Shown here: positions 47,629 to 61,578 of the stretch, piece by piece
Position numbering within the stretch: the first letter of the stretch is position 1
Layout of the letters: each line of letters opens with the position of its first letter
Position numbers and translations under genes: made by a program
Notes under the pieces: model-generated
Database searches by the model: none
What the model saw: the letters and a program-made list of their open reading frames with translations, nothing else
Told to the model about the DNA's origin: nothing
DNA from: Ranitomeya imitator
Lineage: Eukaryota
NCBI RefSeq assembly: GCF_032444005.1
Contig: NC_091286.1
Span: 87,296,001-87,360,000, forward strand
DNA: 64,000 nt
Reading direction: 5' to 3'

Positions 47629-50600
47629 TTAACACGGTTATTGCTGCATTACGGTGGTATGTATAACTTACAAAAAGAGTAGAAAAATATTTCAGAATTA
47701 GATTACTCATCCATACAGTATTACGTGCTTTCTGTCACATTTTGGTGGTGTATAACAGTACAAAAAAGCATTTGGAAATTTTGCTTGTTTGTTTACATTT
47801 CTTACCCATACACTATTCCATATTCTGGGGTACAATTTTGTACTAAATAAAAAAAATGTTACATTTCTCAGTCATACAGAATTACATGTTCTAGAATACA
47901 TTTAGTTGGTATTAGTGATGAGCGAGCATACTCAGGAATGATCGTTACTTGTCCAAAAATCGCTATACTCGCGGTACTCGGCAAGCAAAGAGCATTTCTG
48001 GGTATGTTCAGCAGGAGCTCGGGTCTCCACACTGCATGATTAGCGCTCTTTACAGAGCCAATCAACATGCAGGGATTGTGTGCCATGCACTGTAATGCCA
48101 CAGCCATCTTTGTTGTGGTATTACAGTGATTGGCTGGGCGCACAGCATCATCAGGTCTATAAGAGACCAGGCGCCGCCCTGCTCGGCGCATTCAGCTCCG
48201 GATTCAGATGGTGTAGGGAGAGCTACTGCCGAGTTAGGGTCAGATTTGGGGATTTGTTAGTTAGTGTGGGTCTACCATCATAGAATCCACAAATCCAGCT
48301 AAACAAACAGTCCTTCTAAGGACTAATTACGTAGTATATAGAATGTCAGCTGCTGCTGCTGCCTATTACATATATACCTAGCCCCAGGTATCAGTGGCTA
48401 GGAAGATTTTTGGGGGCATCTTAACCCTGATTATTTTATTCCAAATTAATCCAGAGCCCCCTTTTTTTGCTTTTTCACATATTGAACAGTGTGGTACCTC
48501 TGTCAGATGCGTGATCTATCTGTGGGCTACAAAAATGTGGGCATTTCAGGTCTACATTCCACGGTATTTGCTGTCTGTTACCCTTGTTCTATACAGCATT
48601 TTGGGGTAAAAAATACAAAAATACAGGCCACATATTGAGCATTGTGGTACCTCTGTCAGACCAGGGTGAACATGTTCTGTGATGCCACAGCCACTCTATT
48701 TTTTTCCAAGGGTGTTTATGATGCCCGTAAATAAATGTAAAAAAATTTTTGTACCCCCAGGGGGAAATGTTTGTCAGTCCATACACTTATTATTTGGCAT
48801 TCTAAATATAGGAGACTAGGGTTGAGTGAAACGGGTCGTTCATTTTCAAAAGTCGCCGACTTTTGGCAAAGTCGGGTTTCATGAAACCCGATCCGACCCC
48901 TGTGCGGGGTCGGCCATGCGGTACGCGACTTTCGCGCCAAAGTCGCGTTTCAATGACGCGAAAAGCGCCATTTCTCAGCCAATGAAGGTAAACGCAGAGT
49001 GTGGGCAGCGTGATGACATAGGTCCTGGTCCCCACCATCTTAGAGAAGGGCATTGCAGTGATTGGCTTGCTGTCCGCGGCGTCACAGGGGCTATAAAGGG
49101 GCGTTCCCGCCGACCGCCATGTTACTGCTGCTGATCTGAGCTTAGGGAGAGGTTGCTGCCGCTTCGTCAGAAGCAGGGATAGCGTTAGGCAGGGTCCATT
49201 AACCACCAAACCGCTTGTGCTGTAGCGATTTCCACAGCCCAACACCACCTTCGGTGTGCAGGGACAGTGGAAGCTACATTTTTTTTTTTCCTCAGCGCTG
49301 TAGCTCATTGGGCTGCCCTAGAAGGCTCCCTGATAGCTGCATTGCTGTGTGTACGCCGCTGTGCAAACCAACTGCTTTTTTCAAAGCACAAATCCTCTTG
49401 TTCCTTCCTTTCTGCACAGCTATCTTGTTTGTTTGTCCACACTTTTTATTTAATTTGTGCATCAGTCCACTCCTTATTGCTGCCTGCCATACCTGGCTGA
49501 GATTACTGCAGGGAGATAGTAATTGAAGGACACTCCCTGTTTTTTTTTTTTTTTTTTTTGTGGGAAATTAAGATTGGCATTTCTGCTAGAGTGCCATCCC
49601 TGTCTGTGCCATCTCTCACTCAGTGGGCCATAGAAAGCCTATTTATTTTTTTGCTTGATTTGGGTTCTAAAATCTACCTGAAAAAATCACTACATCAATC
49701 AGTGGGAGAAAAATATTGGCCTCAGGGCTTGTGTGCCACTCCTTACTCCTGTGTGTGCCATCTCTCACTCAGTGGGCCATAGAAAGCCTATTTATTTTTT
49801 TGCTTGATTTGGGTTCCAAAATCTACCTGAAAAAATCACAACATCAATCAGTGGGAGAAAAATATTGGCCTCAGGGCTTGTGTGCCACTCCTGACTCCTG
49901 TGTGTGCCATCTCTCACTCAGTGGGCCATAGAAAGCCTATTAATTTTTTTGCTTGATTTGGGTTCTAAATTCTACCTGAAAAAATCAATAAATCAATCAG
50001 TGGGAGATTAATATTGGCCTTTGGGCTTGTGTGCCAGTCCTAAGCGTGCCATCTCTCTCTCTCAGATAGTGGGCCATAGAAAGCCTATTTATTATTTTTT
50101 TTATTGGGTTTATAAATTTTCCCTGGAAAAAAAAAAAAAAGTGGGAGATTAATATTGGCCTCTGGGCTTGTGTGCCAGTCCTGAGCGTGCCATCTCTCTC
50201 ACAAATAGTAGGCCATAGAAAGCCTATTTATTTTTTGGGTTGATTTGGGTTCTAAATTCTACCTGAAAAAATCACTACATCAATCAGTGGGAGATAAATA
50301 TTGGCCTCTGGGCTTGTGTGCCACTCCTGACTCCTGTGTGCGTCATCTCTCACTCAGTGGGCCCTAGAAAGCCTATTTTTTGTTTTATTTGTTTTCTAAA
50401 TTCTCCCTGAAAAAATCATTTTATTTTATTTGGTTTCTAAATTATTCCTGAAAAAATCATTTTTTTTGTATTTTTTTTTCTAAAGTCTCCCTGAAAAAAA
50501 AAAAAATCAAATCAGTGGGAGATTAATATTGCCCTTTCTGCTTGTGTGCCAGTCTTGACTCCTGGGTGTGCCATCTCTCTCTCTCCAATTGTGGGCCATA

Positions 50601-51119
50601 GAAAGCCTATTAATTTTTTTGCTTGATTTGGGTTCCAAAATCTACCTGAAAAAATCACTAAATCAATCAGTGGGAGATAAATATTGGCCTCTGGGCTTGT
50701 GTGCCACTCCTGACTCCTGTGTGCGTCCTCTCTCACTCAGTGGGCCCTACAAAGCCTATTTTTTTTTTATTTGTTTTCTAAATTCTCCCTGAAACAATCA
50801 TTTTATTTTATTTTGTTTCTAAATTCTTCCTGAAAAATTCATTTTTTTGTATTTTTTTTTTCTAAAGTCTCCCTGAAAAAAAAAAAAAACAAATCAGTGG
50901 GAGATTAATATTTACATTTGCGCTTCAGTGACAGTCCTGCGTGTGTGGCATCTCTCTCATTTGTTGCCACCAACAACAGAGTGTGTAACATTGTGCCTGA
51001 TTTTCGTTGTGGTCTCACCCACCTGTAAAGGGGTAGCTAAATCATACTGAAGTTATAGCTCACCGTGTAAGTTGTGTGACAGCAACAAATACTGTTAGTT
51101 TGGTAACGTTTTTAAAACA

Positions 51120-53929
51120 ATGAGGAAGTCTGGTGGAAGAGGTCGTGGCCGGGGGCGTTCATTGTCAGCTGGTAATGAGGGTAGTGGTAGTGGTGGAGCA
51201 TCAGGTGGTCGTGGGAAAAAAAATATTGCACCTAAGTCTGGAGCTGTGGAGCCAGGTTCGTCGTCTGGCTACACAAGGCCTCGAACGCTCCCTTTTCTGG
51301 GAGTAGGAAAACCGCTTTTAAAGCCGGAGCAGCAAGAGCAAGTTTTGGCTTATCTTGCTGACTCAGCCTCTAGCTCTTTTGCCTCCTCTCGTGAAACTGG
51401 TAAATGTCAAAGCAGCGCGTCGTTAGTGGATGTTCACGGTCAGGGACAAGTCGCTTCCTTGTCCTCTTCAGCAAAAACAACAACATAGAAGAATGCAGTA
51501 GGCAACACAACGGGTTACTCCATGGAGCTCTTTACACATACCGTCCCTGGCTTAGAAAGTGAAGCAGTTAACAGTCCATGCCCATTACAAGTTGAATCTG
51601 ACATGGAGTGCACTGATGCACAGCCACAGCCAGACTACTATGCTGGTCCTTTGACTCAGACCACAACATTGCCCTCGCAGGGTGCTGATCAAGAATCAGA
51701 CCCTGATGAGACTATGTTGCCCCATCACGAACGCTATACCACCGACCGACACGGTGACACAGACGAAGTTGCACACGAGCTACAAGAAGAGGTAATAGAT
51801 GACCCAGTTCTTGACCCCGATTGGCAGCCATTGGGGGAACAGGGTGCAGGCAGCAGCAGTTCTGAAGTGGAGGAGGAGGGGCCGCAGCAGGCATCAACAT
51901 CGCAACAGGTTCCATCTGCCGGGCCCGTATCTTGCCCAAAACGCGTGGCAAAGTCAAAACCTGTTGGAGGACAGCGTGGCCATCCGGTTAAAGCTCAGTC
52001 TGCAATGCCTGAAAAGGTATCCGATGCTAGAAAGAGTGCAGTCTGGCATTTTTTTAAACAACATCCAATTGATCAGCGCAAAGTCATCTGTCAAAAATGT
52101 TCAACTACCTTAAGCAGAGGGCAGAATCTGAAAAGTCTCAATACAAGTTGCATGCATAGACATTTAACCACCATGCATTTGCAAGCTTGGACTAACTACC
52201 AAACGTCCCTTAAGGTTGTAGCACCCTCGGCCAATGAAGCTAGTCATCAACGCAACATCCCTTCCGGCAGTGTAGGGCCACCATTTTCTGCACCACCTGC
52301 AGTATCTGTGCAGGTTTCTTTGCCAGGCCAAAGCAGTCAGGGTCAGGGAATCACCAGTTTCGTAGTAGGAAACACTGCATCTAGGGCACCGGCGGCAACA
52401 ATACCATCTCCCACCGTCTCTCAGTCTGCCATGTCCACCGGCACCCCCGCTAGTTCCACGATCTCCAGCTCTCCAGTCCAGCTCACCCTACATGAGACTA
52501 TGGTTAGAAAAAGGAAGTACTTAGCCTCGCATCCGCGTACACAGGGTTTGAACGCCCACATAGCTAGACTAATCTCGTTAGAGATGATGCCCTACCGGTT
52601 AGTTGAAAGCGAAGCTTTCAAAGCCCTGATGGACTACGCTGTACCACGCTACGAGCTACCCAGTCGACACTTTTTTTCCAGAAAAGCCATCCCAGCCCTC
52701 CACCAGCATGTTAAAGAGCGCATCGTCCATGCACTCAGTCAATCTGTGAGCACAAAGGTGCACCTGACAACAGATGCATGGACCAGTAGGCATGGCCAGG
52801 GACATTACGTGTCCATCACGGCACACTGGGTAAATGTGGTGGATGCAGGGTCCACAGGGGACAGCAAGTTTGGGACAGTTCTGCCTAGCCCACGGTCTAG
52901 GAAACAGTTGGCTGTAGCCGTTCGCACCCCCTCCTCCTCCTCCTCGTCCTCCTGCAGAAGCGAGACCTCGTCCACAGACCGCAGTCGCACAACCACTCCA
53001 TCCGCAGCTGCCACTGTTGCACACCAGGTCTCCCATTATGGGGCAGCTACTGGCAAACGTCAGCAGGCTGTATTGGCTATGAAGTGTTTGGGCGACAACA
53101 GACACACCGCTGAAGTTCTGTCCGAGTTCTTGCAGAAAGAAACGCAGTCGTGGCTGGGCACTGTAGATCTTGAGGCAGGCAAGGTAGTGAGTGATAACGG
53201 AAGGAATTTCATGGCTGCCATCTCCCTTTCCCAACTGAAACACATTCCTTGCCTGGCTCACACCTTAAACCTGGTGGTGCAGTGCTTCCTGAAAAGTTAT
53301 CCGGGGTTATCCGACCTGCTCCTCAAAGTGCGTGGACTTTGCTCACATATCCGCCGTTCGCCCGTACACTCCAGCCGTATGCAGACCTATCAGCGTTCTT
53401 TGAACCTTCCCCAGCATCGCCTAATCATAGACGTTGCAACAAGGTGGAACTCAACACTGCACATGCTTCAGAGACTGTGTGAACAGAGGCGGGCTGTTAT
53501 GTTTTTGTGGGAGGATACACATACACGGGCAGGCAGTAGGATGGCAGACATGGAGTTGTCAGGTGTGCAGTGGTCGAAGATTCAAGACATGTGTCAAGTC
53601 CTTCAGTGTTTTGAGGAATGCACACGGCTGGTTAGTGCAGACAACGCCATAATAAGCATGAGCATCCCCCTAATGCGTCTGCTGATGCAAAGTTTGACGC
53701 ACATAAAGGATCAGGCGTCTGCAGCTGAGGAAGAGGAAAGCCTTGATGACAGTCAGCCATTGTCTGGCCAGGGCAGTGTACAGGACGAGGTAGCGGGCGA
53801 ACAAGTTCAATACTAACAGAAAAAAGGACTCGTCTGGCTACCCAAAATGTAGATGATCTTACCTTCATTAAAATGAACCACAACTGGATTTCGAAATCTT
53901 TTGCCCCACCTTGCCCGGCTGACACCTAG
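51120..53929 (+). pseudogene. hAT transposase copy 2: premature TAG at 51486 and a 760-bp deletion removing the catalytic E region
   Basis: GAG>TAG relative to copy 1. The junction GAACAAGTTCAATAC joins copy-1 positions ~19452 and ~20212. Confidence 0.93.
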
Positions 53930-54393
53930 CTTTCCTATGTAAAGGTCTTGCCTGTGGACTATTCTGAACGACTTTTCCAATCTCGTAATTTGCAGCACCT
54001 GATTGTCCAGCATCCGACATGTTAACATCTCCCTAAATGGCCAAAGTCCCCACACGGGGCCGTGGTATCGCCACTTGGCGCCAGCACTCGTGAGAGTACT
54101 GTTTGTCTGAGGAGGTGGGTGTGCCCGCTTTTGGTCGACGGCACTGCTACTAGGTCCCTCATAGTACAATAAAGTGTCTGGCGGTGGTGGTGCGCACCCA
54201 ACGTCAGACACACCGTTGTAATATGAGGGGCCCTGGGCCTGTACCGCCGGCCACAAGACAGTCCCCCCCCCAGCTCAAACAGTGCTCTACCACTTGCAAA
54301 ATTTTCTCTCACAGCTCCACCAATGTTTAGTCTATGCGCTGACATCCTTCAATGCCTGGCACTGTCAATACCATTGTATTGACATTTTTCTTA

Positions 54394-54960
54394 TGTTAGG
54401 CCTTCGAAGCCTGTCTGCGGTCACTCCTTCCACTAGGCCTCCACTGACCTGTCTACTGCTGCCCGTGTTCCCCTGGAACCAATTTTAAATTGCTTACAGC
54501 CCAATTTTTGTTATGTTAGGCCTTCGAAGCCTGTCTGTTGCCCGTTCTTTCCACTACTACTACACTGACCTGGCTACTGCCGCCCGTGTTCCCCTGGAAC
54601 CAATTTAAAATTGCCGACAGCAAGCCCAATTTATTATGTTAGGCCTTCGAAGCCTGTCTGCGGTCCCTCCTTCCACTAGGCCTCCACTGACCTGTCTACT
54701 GCTGTCCGTGTTCCCCTGGAACCAATTGTAAATTGCCTACATCCCAATTTTTGTTATGTTAGGCCTTCGAAGCCTGTCTGCGGCCCGTTCTTTCCACTAC
54801 TACTACACTGACCAGGCCACTGCTGCCCGTGTTCCCCTGGAACCAATTTTAAATTGCCTACAGCCAGCCCAATTTATTATGTTAGGCCTTCAAAGCCTGT
54901 CTGCGGTCCCTCCTTCCACTAGGCCTCCACTGACCTGTCTACTGCTGCCCGTGTACCCCT
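54394..54960 (+). repeat. 120/123-bp alternating array (ABABA) in copy 2
   Basis: Unit starts at 54394, 54514, 54637, 54757 and 54880. Confidence 0.9.
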
Positions 54961-55420
54961 TGAACCAACATCAGAAAATATAAAAATAAGTATTTTGCTT
55001 ATAAAAAAGAAAATACTGGAGAGATATCAAATGCAGACATTTTAACATTAAAAACAAACACATACAACAAAAATCTGGTACAGTACTAAAAATGGCCACC
55101 AGCTACAATAACTTTCTCCTGCAAGTAGTTAACTGAAAGTTTTTTTCAATTTAAAACACAGATATGGCATCCACCGAGTGTTGTCCTGTCGCGTCTTCTT
55201 TATATTATTGCCAAGAAGATGCAAAACAATGAAAATAATAAAATCATTATTTACCAAAAAAATAGAGTAAGTCAAAACCACATTGCAAAGAAACATTCAT
55301 TACAAATAAAGAAGCAGGGCGCGTCCGAGGGTGAGTATATACCTAATAAGAATATAATCACCCTCGGACGCGCCCTGCTTCTTTCCGACAGCCTTCCTTC
55401 CTAAGAATCAGCCCTTCCGT

Positions 55421-56500
55421 GGTGTAGAGAGAGGGTGTGTTACACTCCAAGGTGTTCCCCAGGTTGCCTTTCCTGAGCTTCGATCTTCATGCTCTCGTTT
55501 AGTAGTTGTCGGAAAGTAGGCTGCATTAGGCCTACAAATTGGGTATGGGGTGGAGAGAGATGGTGTGTTACACTCCAAGGTGTTCCCCAGGTTTCCTTGC
55601 CATTGCTTCGGTCTTCCGACTCTCGTTTAGTAGTTGTAGAAAACTACACTGCATTAGGCCTACAAAATGGGTATCGGGTGGAGAGAGATGGTGTGTTACA
55701 CTCCAAGGTGTTCCCCAGGTTTCCTTGCCATTGCTTCGGTCTTCCGACTCTCGTTTAGTAGTTGTAGAAAACTACACTGCATTAGGCCTACAAAATGGGT
55801 ATCGGGTGGAGAGAGATGGTGTGTTACACTCCAAGGTGTTCCCCAGGTTTCCTTGCCATTGCTTCGGTCTTCCGACTCTCGTTTAGTAGTTGTAGAAAAC
55901 TACACTGCATTAGGCCTACAAAATGGGTATCGGGTGGAGAGAGATGGTGTGTTACACTCCAAGGTGTTCCCCAGGTTTCCTTGCCATTGCTTCGGTCTTC
56001 CGACTCTCGTTTAGTAGTTGTAGAAAACTACACTGCATTAGGCCTACAAATTGGGTATCGGGTGGAGAGAGATGGTGTGTTACACTCCAAGGTGTTCCCC
56101 AGGTTTCCTTGCCATTGCTTCGGTCTTCCAACTCTCGTTTAGTAGTTGTAGAAAACTACACTGCATTAGGCCTACAAAATGGGTATCGGGTGGAGAGAGA
56201 TGGTGTGTTACACTCCAAGGTGTTCCCCAGGTTTCCTTGCCATTGCTTCGGTCTTCCGACTCTCGTTTAGTAGTTGTAGAAAACTACACTGCATTAGGCC
56301 TACAAAATGGATATCGGGTGGAGAGAGATGGTGTGTTACACTCCAAGGTGTTCCCCAGGTTTCCTTGCCATTGCTTCGGTCTTCCGACTCTCGTTCAGTA
56401 GTTGTAGAAAACTACACTGCATTAGGCCTACAAAATGGGTATGGGGTGGAGAGAGATGGTGTGTTCCACTCCAAGGTGTTCTCCAGGTTGCCTTTCCTGA
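55421..56500 (+). repeat. 128-bp array (~9 units) in copy 2
   Basis: Period 128, also visible as ORFs starting at 55539, 55667, 55795 and onward. Confidence 0.95.
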
Positions 56501-59500
56501 GCTTCTATCTTCAGGCTCTCGTTAAATTGTGGTTAAATGGAACAACTGCATTTGGCGCACTAGTTGGTTTGGGGCCTACTAACAGTGTCTGCCGCTCCTT
56601 GCTGTTCTCCTGGTTTCCTGTCCTGAAATTCCGTTTTCAGGCGCTCGTTAAGTAGTTGTTAATGTTAGACTGCATTTGGCCTACTAGTTGGGTTGGGGCC
56701 TACTATCGGTGTCTGCCACTCCTTGCTGTTCTCCTCCACTGAACAAAGCTGTGCCGCCTGTTTACTACGGTTGCCAATTTTGAACTGCATTTCGACTACT
56801 TACTGATTTGGGCCTACTCTCTGTGTCAGCCTCTCATTCCAGTTGTCCTCCACTGCAATGCCCCCTGGTTATTCCTGTGTTACCAATTTTGAACTGCATT
56901 TAGCCAACTTTATTCTTTGGGCCTATATCTGTGTTTCCTCCTCATCCTGCCCATTGCCCAGCCAGTGATAGATGAGTCTGCTGGTACATTGACCCATAAC
57001 GCAACATTCCCCGTGCACGCTACACAACAACATTGTGACCCTGCTGAAAGTCAGGTTGCTCTTCCCGCATACCATACCACCTTACACGGGGACAAAGAGG
57101 AAGGTGCAGATGAAAGTGCAGGTTCCTTCATCAGGTGGGGGGAGGAATACTAGTTGGCGACGTCACTGGCACAGGGCCTCTCATAGTACGCAAAAGTGTT
57201 GCTGCCGGTGGGAGGCGCCCCCGCCGTGCAAACACACCGCTGTACTTTGAGGGGCCCTGTGCCAGTGCCAATGCCAACGAGTGGGCCCCCCCTGCTTGCT
57301 CAGGTTCACAGCACTTGCAAAGTTGAAATACTTACCTCTCCCTGCTCCACTGCCGTGACGTGGTCCAGATATCCTGGGCCCACTAATTACTTGAACCAGC
57401 CCTACCCACCACAACTTTAGCCAAATGACCCCCAATTTCAAATGCCTTCCAATTATTATAAGGTAAATTACGCTTGACAAGCTTCATTAAGAAGAATGGA
57501 TGGTTTTGACATTAAAATGGGCACTCTAGGTGTTTTCCTGGCCCCCACTCACTGCCGACTATGCTGCCCCATTGACTTGCATTGGGTTTCGTGTTTCGGT
57601 CGATCCCGACTTTACGTCATAATCGGCCGATTTCACTCAACCCGACTTTTGAGATAGTCGGGTTTCGCGAAACCTGGCTCGACTCTAAAAAGGTCAAGGT
57701 CGCTCAACTCTATAGGAGACCCGCCCATTTAAATTGAGAATAGATTCATAGGAGGACATCCTCCACGTCTCTTCAGACACCACCACTAAAACACCAGGGT
57801 GAACGTATTCCGTGATGCAACAGTCACTCTATTTTTTGCCAATGTTTCTGATGCTCGTAAAAAAAAATTTAACCATAAAAAAACTGTGTACCACCAAGGG
57901 GGAAATGTTTTTCAGCCTATACACTTAGTGTATAGGCATTCCAGGTACAGGAGACCCACTCCTTTAAACTGGAAATAGAATCATAAGCGGACATCCTCCA
58001 CATCTCTTCAGACACCACCACTAGAACGCCGGTGTAAACGCATTCCGTGATGTAAAAGTCACTCTACTTTTTGGCAAGGGTGTGTCTCGGATGCCTGTAA
58101 AATAAATTGTAACCCCCAAAAAATGTGTACCACCCAGGGGGAAATGTTTGTCAGCCCATACACTTTGTGTATGGGAATTTCAAGTATAGGAGACCCGCTC
58201 CTTTATAATAGGAACATTTTTTATATGTCCCTCATCCACATATCTTTCAAGGGGCATTGGAGTACCTCCTAATTTTTTGCAGGCCTTGCATTCACTGCAT
58301 AGGCAAACACTATTGGAGACACACTTCCTAATAATGGGAACATTGTTTTCAGGAGGCCCATCTCTGCGTCTCTTCCAAGGCTTAGTGGGGTGCATGTGAA
58401 TTTGGTGCAGGGCAGGCCTTGCATTCAGTGCATAGGCAAACACCTAAGCAAACAGTATGGCAAAATGCCTAAGCAAACAGTATGGCAGTACCAAATGAAT
58501 AATGTGAACCTGGTAATTGGGGTGCATGTAACTTTTGAGCAGCCCAGGCCTTGCATTCAATGCATAGGCAAACACTATGGGAGACGCACTTTCTTATAAT
58601 GGGAACATTTTTTCAGGAGACCCTCCTGTACTTCTCGTGAAAGGGGTATTGTGGTGCATCCTAATTTTTGGCAGCCCAGCCACTCACTGAATAGGCAATA
58701 ACAGTATAGCACACCCACTGTATAATAATGGCCCTTTAAGAATATTAATGCCGCCTGATGCCATAGGCTTTGTGACTTTAAGAGTCCCTCCTTCATAAAT
58801 GAAACATGATGTGTCTGATGAAGTGTCACACACCACATGGCCATCACAATGACATTTCCCAATGAATGCATTTGTATTGGTTCTGATGAAGAGATTCTCG
58901 AAACGCTCGTCAAGGGGTTCATTGCAGCAGTTTGGACTCTGGGTAACTATGCACACCTATATTTAGAATACATACTTTTTACCTCTTTGATTTACAATGT
59001 GTTTAGAATTTGTTCATTGCAGTTTAACTATGGTGTTCAAAGAAATTTTCTTTTAATTAACCCAGTTCTGTCCTCTTGGATGTTTCCTTCAATTGTTTAT
59101 TTGCTTGCACCTTGCACTTTTCCCTGGTTTATTTAAAACACTTATTTTCATCTATTTATTCAGAGGCCATAATGCAAGCAACCATATATTTGCTGTATTA
59201 ATATGATTCATCCTCCTGCTCAAAGTTAGCTTTTTCTTTCTTGTTCTGTGTGATGTCCCCTACCTTTTCAATATTTTTTTTAGATATTGTTCAATAAAAT
59301 TTACATTTTATTTAAATGTATTGGAGGATCTTTTTTCTTTGGTTTTTCCTGATTTCACGGTCTTCTGTGTTTACACTTTGGGATATACATTCTTTGTATT
59401 CTGGGGGCTGGAGCACATTTCATTTGTACGTAAGCCTCAAAGAACTTGTTCAAAGTTTATTGGTATTATATTGCTCATCCATGGGCTATTACATCTTCTT

Positions 59501-59551
59501 GGGTACATTTCGTTGCTATATAAGTCTCAAAAAAACTTGTTTAAAAATTTA

Positions 59552-59863
59552 GGCTGTGTGCACACATTGCAGATTTTTTGGGCATTTTTTTTAAGTGTGG
59601 ATTTGTGACAAAAAATGAAGCAAAACCTGATGCCAACAAAGTGTTGAGTATTTTTGACTTGCAGAAAATAATCTGCAGCATGTCAATTCTCTGTGCGTTT
59701 TTGCCCTGCGTTTTTCAGCAATGACGTCGCTCAATCAACAATGCAGGCAAAAACTCACCAAAAATGCTGCCAAAATGCACGCAAAATGTGCGTTTTTGCA
59801 GCTGCTTTCTTATTGCTAAGAGATGCAGAAATGATGCAAAATTTTGTGTGTGTGCACATACCC
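59552..59863. mobile_element. Harbinger-type MITE
   Basis: GGCTGTGTGCACAC ... GTGTGCACATACCC with a TTA TSD on both sides. Confidence 0.75.
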
Positions 59864-60438
59864 TTATTGGTATTATATTCCTCACCCAAAGACTATACCA
59901 TGGTCTGGAGTACATCTCCTTGGTATATAACCCTGAAAAGCGCGTAGTCTTCATACATGACAATTTGAACAGAATGTGTACGAAGTCCTCCTTTATGCTT
60001 AATACAGGATGTATCAGATTCCCTTATTTTTTGCAGTTCTTGCTTCCTTCAAAAAGTACACTGAAATGAACTATTTTTTTTAATAAAAAAAAATAAATTT
60101 AGGTTTACATAAATTATATTTTATTTTAATTCTTTTCACATTTTTCTGGGGTTGTAGATAACATGCATGGGAGGGGGTAGTATTGTAATGAGGACAGGAG
60201 GCAGGGATTTGTTCCAGGCACCACACGCCCCGGAGCCTTGAAGAAATAATTAACATATAGAAAGAATATAACATTTCTCAGTAATGAGACCATTAATATG
60301 AGGCATACAAGTAGAACTAGTGTAACATTTCTATTACCTGTATGCCCATATTAAAAGGTTATTTACGTCCCGGGGGCTTACAAGTTCCCTTTAATATTTT
60401 GTTTTCCTGTAAAATGCAATTTCTCGTCTGTTTGAAAT

Positions 60439-60526
60439 GGGCAGCACGGTGGCGCAGTGGATAGCACTGCAGCCTTGCAGCGCTGGGGTCCTGCAAAGAG
60501 TTTGTATGTTCTCTCCGTGTTTGCGT

Positions 60527-60557
<31 letters not shown>

Positions 60558-60680
60558 ACATTCCAAAGACATACTGATAGGGATTCTAGATTATGAGCCC
60601 CATCGGGGACAGTGATGATAATGTGTGCAAACTGTAAAGCGCTGCGGAATATGTTAGCGCTGTATAAAGATTATTATTAT
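60439..60680 (+). mobile_element. V-SINE-type tRNA-derived SINE (internal deletion)
   Basis: Box A-like GGTGGCGCAGTGG, V-domain core GTTTGTATGTTCTCTCCGTGTTTGCGTGGGTTTCCTCCGGG and a (ATT)n tail. Confidence 0.8.
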
Positions 60681-61301
60681 ATTGTCAGTCCTTCAAGTGG
60701 AGCGTTCTAAGCAGCAATCTGGCAGTCAGAGACGGTTCCAGAGGTCTTCCATAAGTTGTCCTCGTTCCATTCAGAACTTTTCCCATCCATTTAAACATTT
60801 TCACTGCCCCCCAGACCTCTTTCTAGGGTCTGCTGGAAAAAAACCTTGGCTTTAACATTGACTCCCATTATACTCGTTACTATAAACAAACATTCGAGTA
60901 TTAGGAATTGCTTTATTCGAGCAACGAGCACTCGAGCATTTTAATGCTTGCTCTTCTCTAGTAAAGAAAGCTAAACATGATATCTTTGACTTTGAAATAT
61001 CTAATCTGCATCCTTTAAGATGTGACATATGATGGCTACATGACATTATTGCACGTTTAATACTGATAGTATTGATAATTACATTCTTTCTTGTTAATGG
61101 TATGAAGCCTCATAGGGTGCTGCATGCATAAAACGTATACCGTTTTGTAGGATATCACTTCATAGGATCATTGTTTGGTAATCTCTCCTAGTATACTCTG
61201 TCAACTTTGCGAAAACTAAAATATTGTTAGCAAAATGTTATCCCAGGAACATTAGTGAAATTATAAATATTCAGCACGCCAAGCTTTTGATATAGTTTAG
61301 T

Positions 61302-61578
61302 NNNNNNNNNNNNNNNNNNNNNNNNNNNNNNNNNNNNNNNNNNNNNNNNNNNNNNNNNNNNNNNNNNNNNNNNNNNNNNNNNNNNNNNNNNNNNNNNNNN
61401 NNNNNNNNNNNNNNNNNNNNNNNNNNNNNNNNNNNNNNNNNNNNNNNNNNNNNNNNNNNNNNNNNNNNNNNNNNNNNNNNNNNNNNNNNNNNNNNNNNNN
61501 NNNNNNNNNNNNNNNNNNNNNNNNNNNNNNNNNNNNNNNNNNNNNNNNNNNNNNNNNNNNNNNNNNNNNNNNNNNNNN
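61302..61578. other. Assembly gap (277 N)
   Basis: Run of N. Confidence 1.

Larger units (their letters stand above)
48817..57712 (+). mobile_element. hAT transposon copy 2 (8.9 kb, internally deleted)
   Basis: TIRs TAGGGTTGAG / CTCAACTCTA with a perfect 8-bp TSD TAGGAGAC (48809-48816, 57713-57720). Colinear with copy 1. Confidence 0.95.
47913..58760 (+). mobile_element. Older non-autonomous hAT-like element hosting hAT copy 2 (right boundary uncertain)
   Basis: Starts TAGTGATGAGCGAGC; CCAAT/ATTGG/TATA module at 48058-48162. Its internal repeats continue on both sides of copy 2. Confidence 0.55.

Noticed and set aside
55421-56655. Regularly spaced near-identical repeats and 115-aa ORFs, superficially CRISPR-like or a gene cluster
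   Set aside because: The units are head-to-tail 128-bp repeats with no unique spacers and no cas genes, in a eukaryotic context. The same applies to 22580-24240.
59870-60030. Protein-like minus-strand peptide IVMYEDYALFRVIYQGDVLQTMV
   Set aside because: It is short, has no family match I recognise, and overlaps an old ~90-bp degenerate tandem repeat.
47913-60960. Pairing the TIR at 47913 with the TIR-like end at 60960 as one element
   Set aside because: The flanking 8-mers (GTTGGTAT versus GTAAAGAA) do not match, and the intervening sequence looks unrelated.
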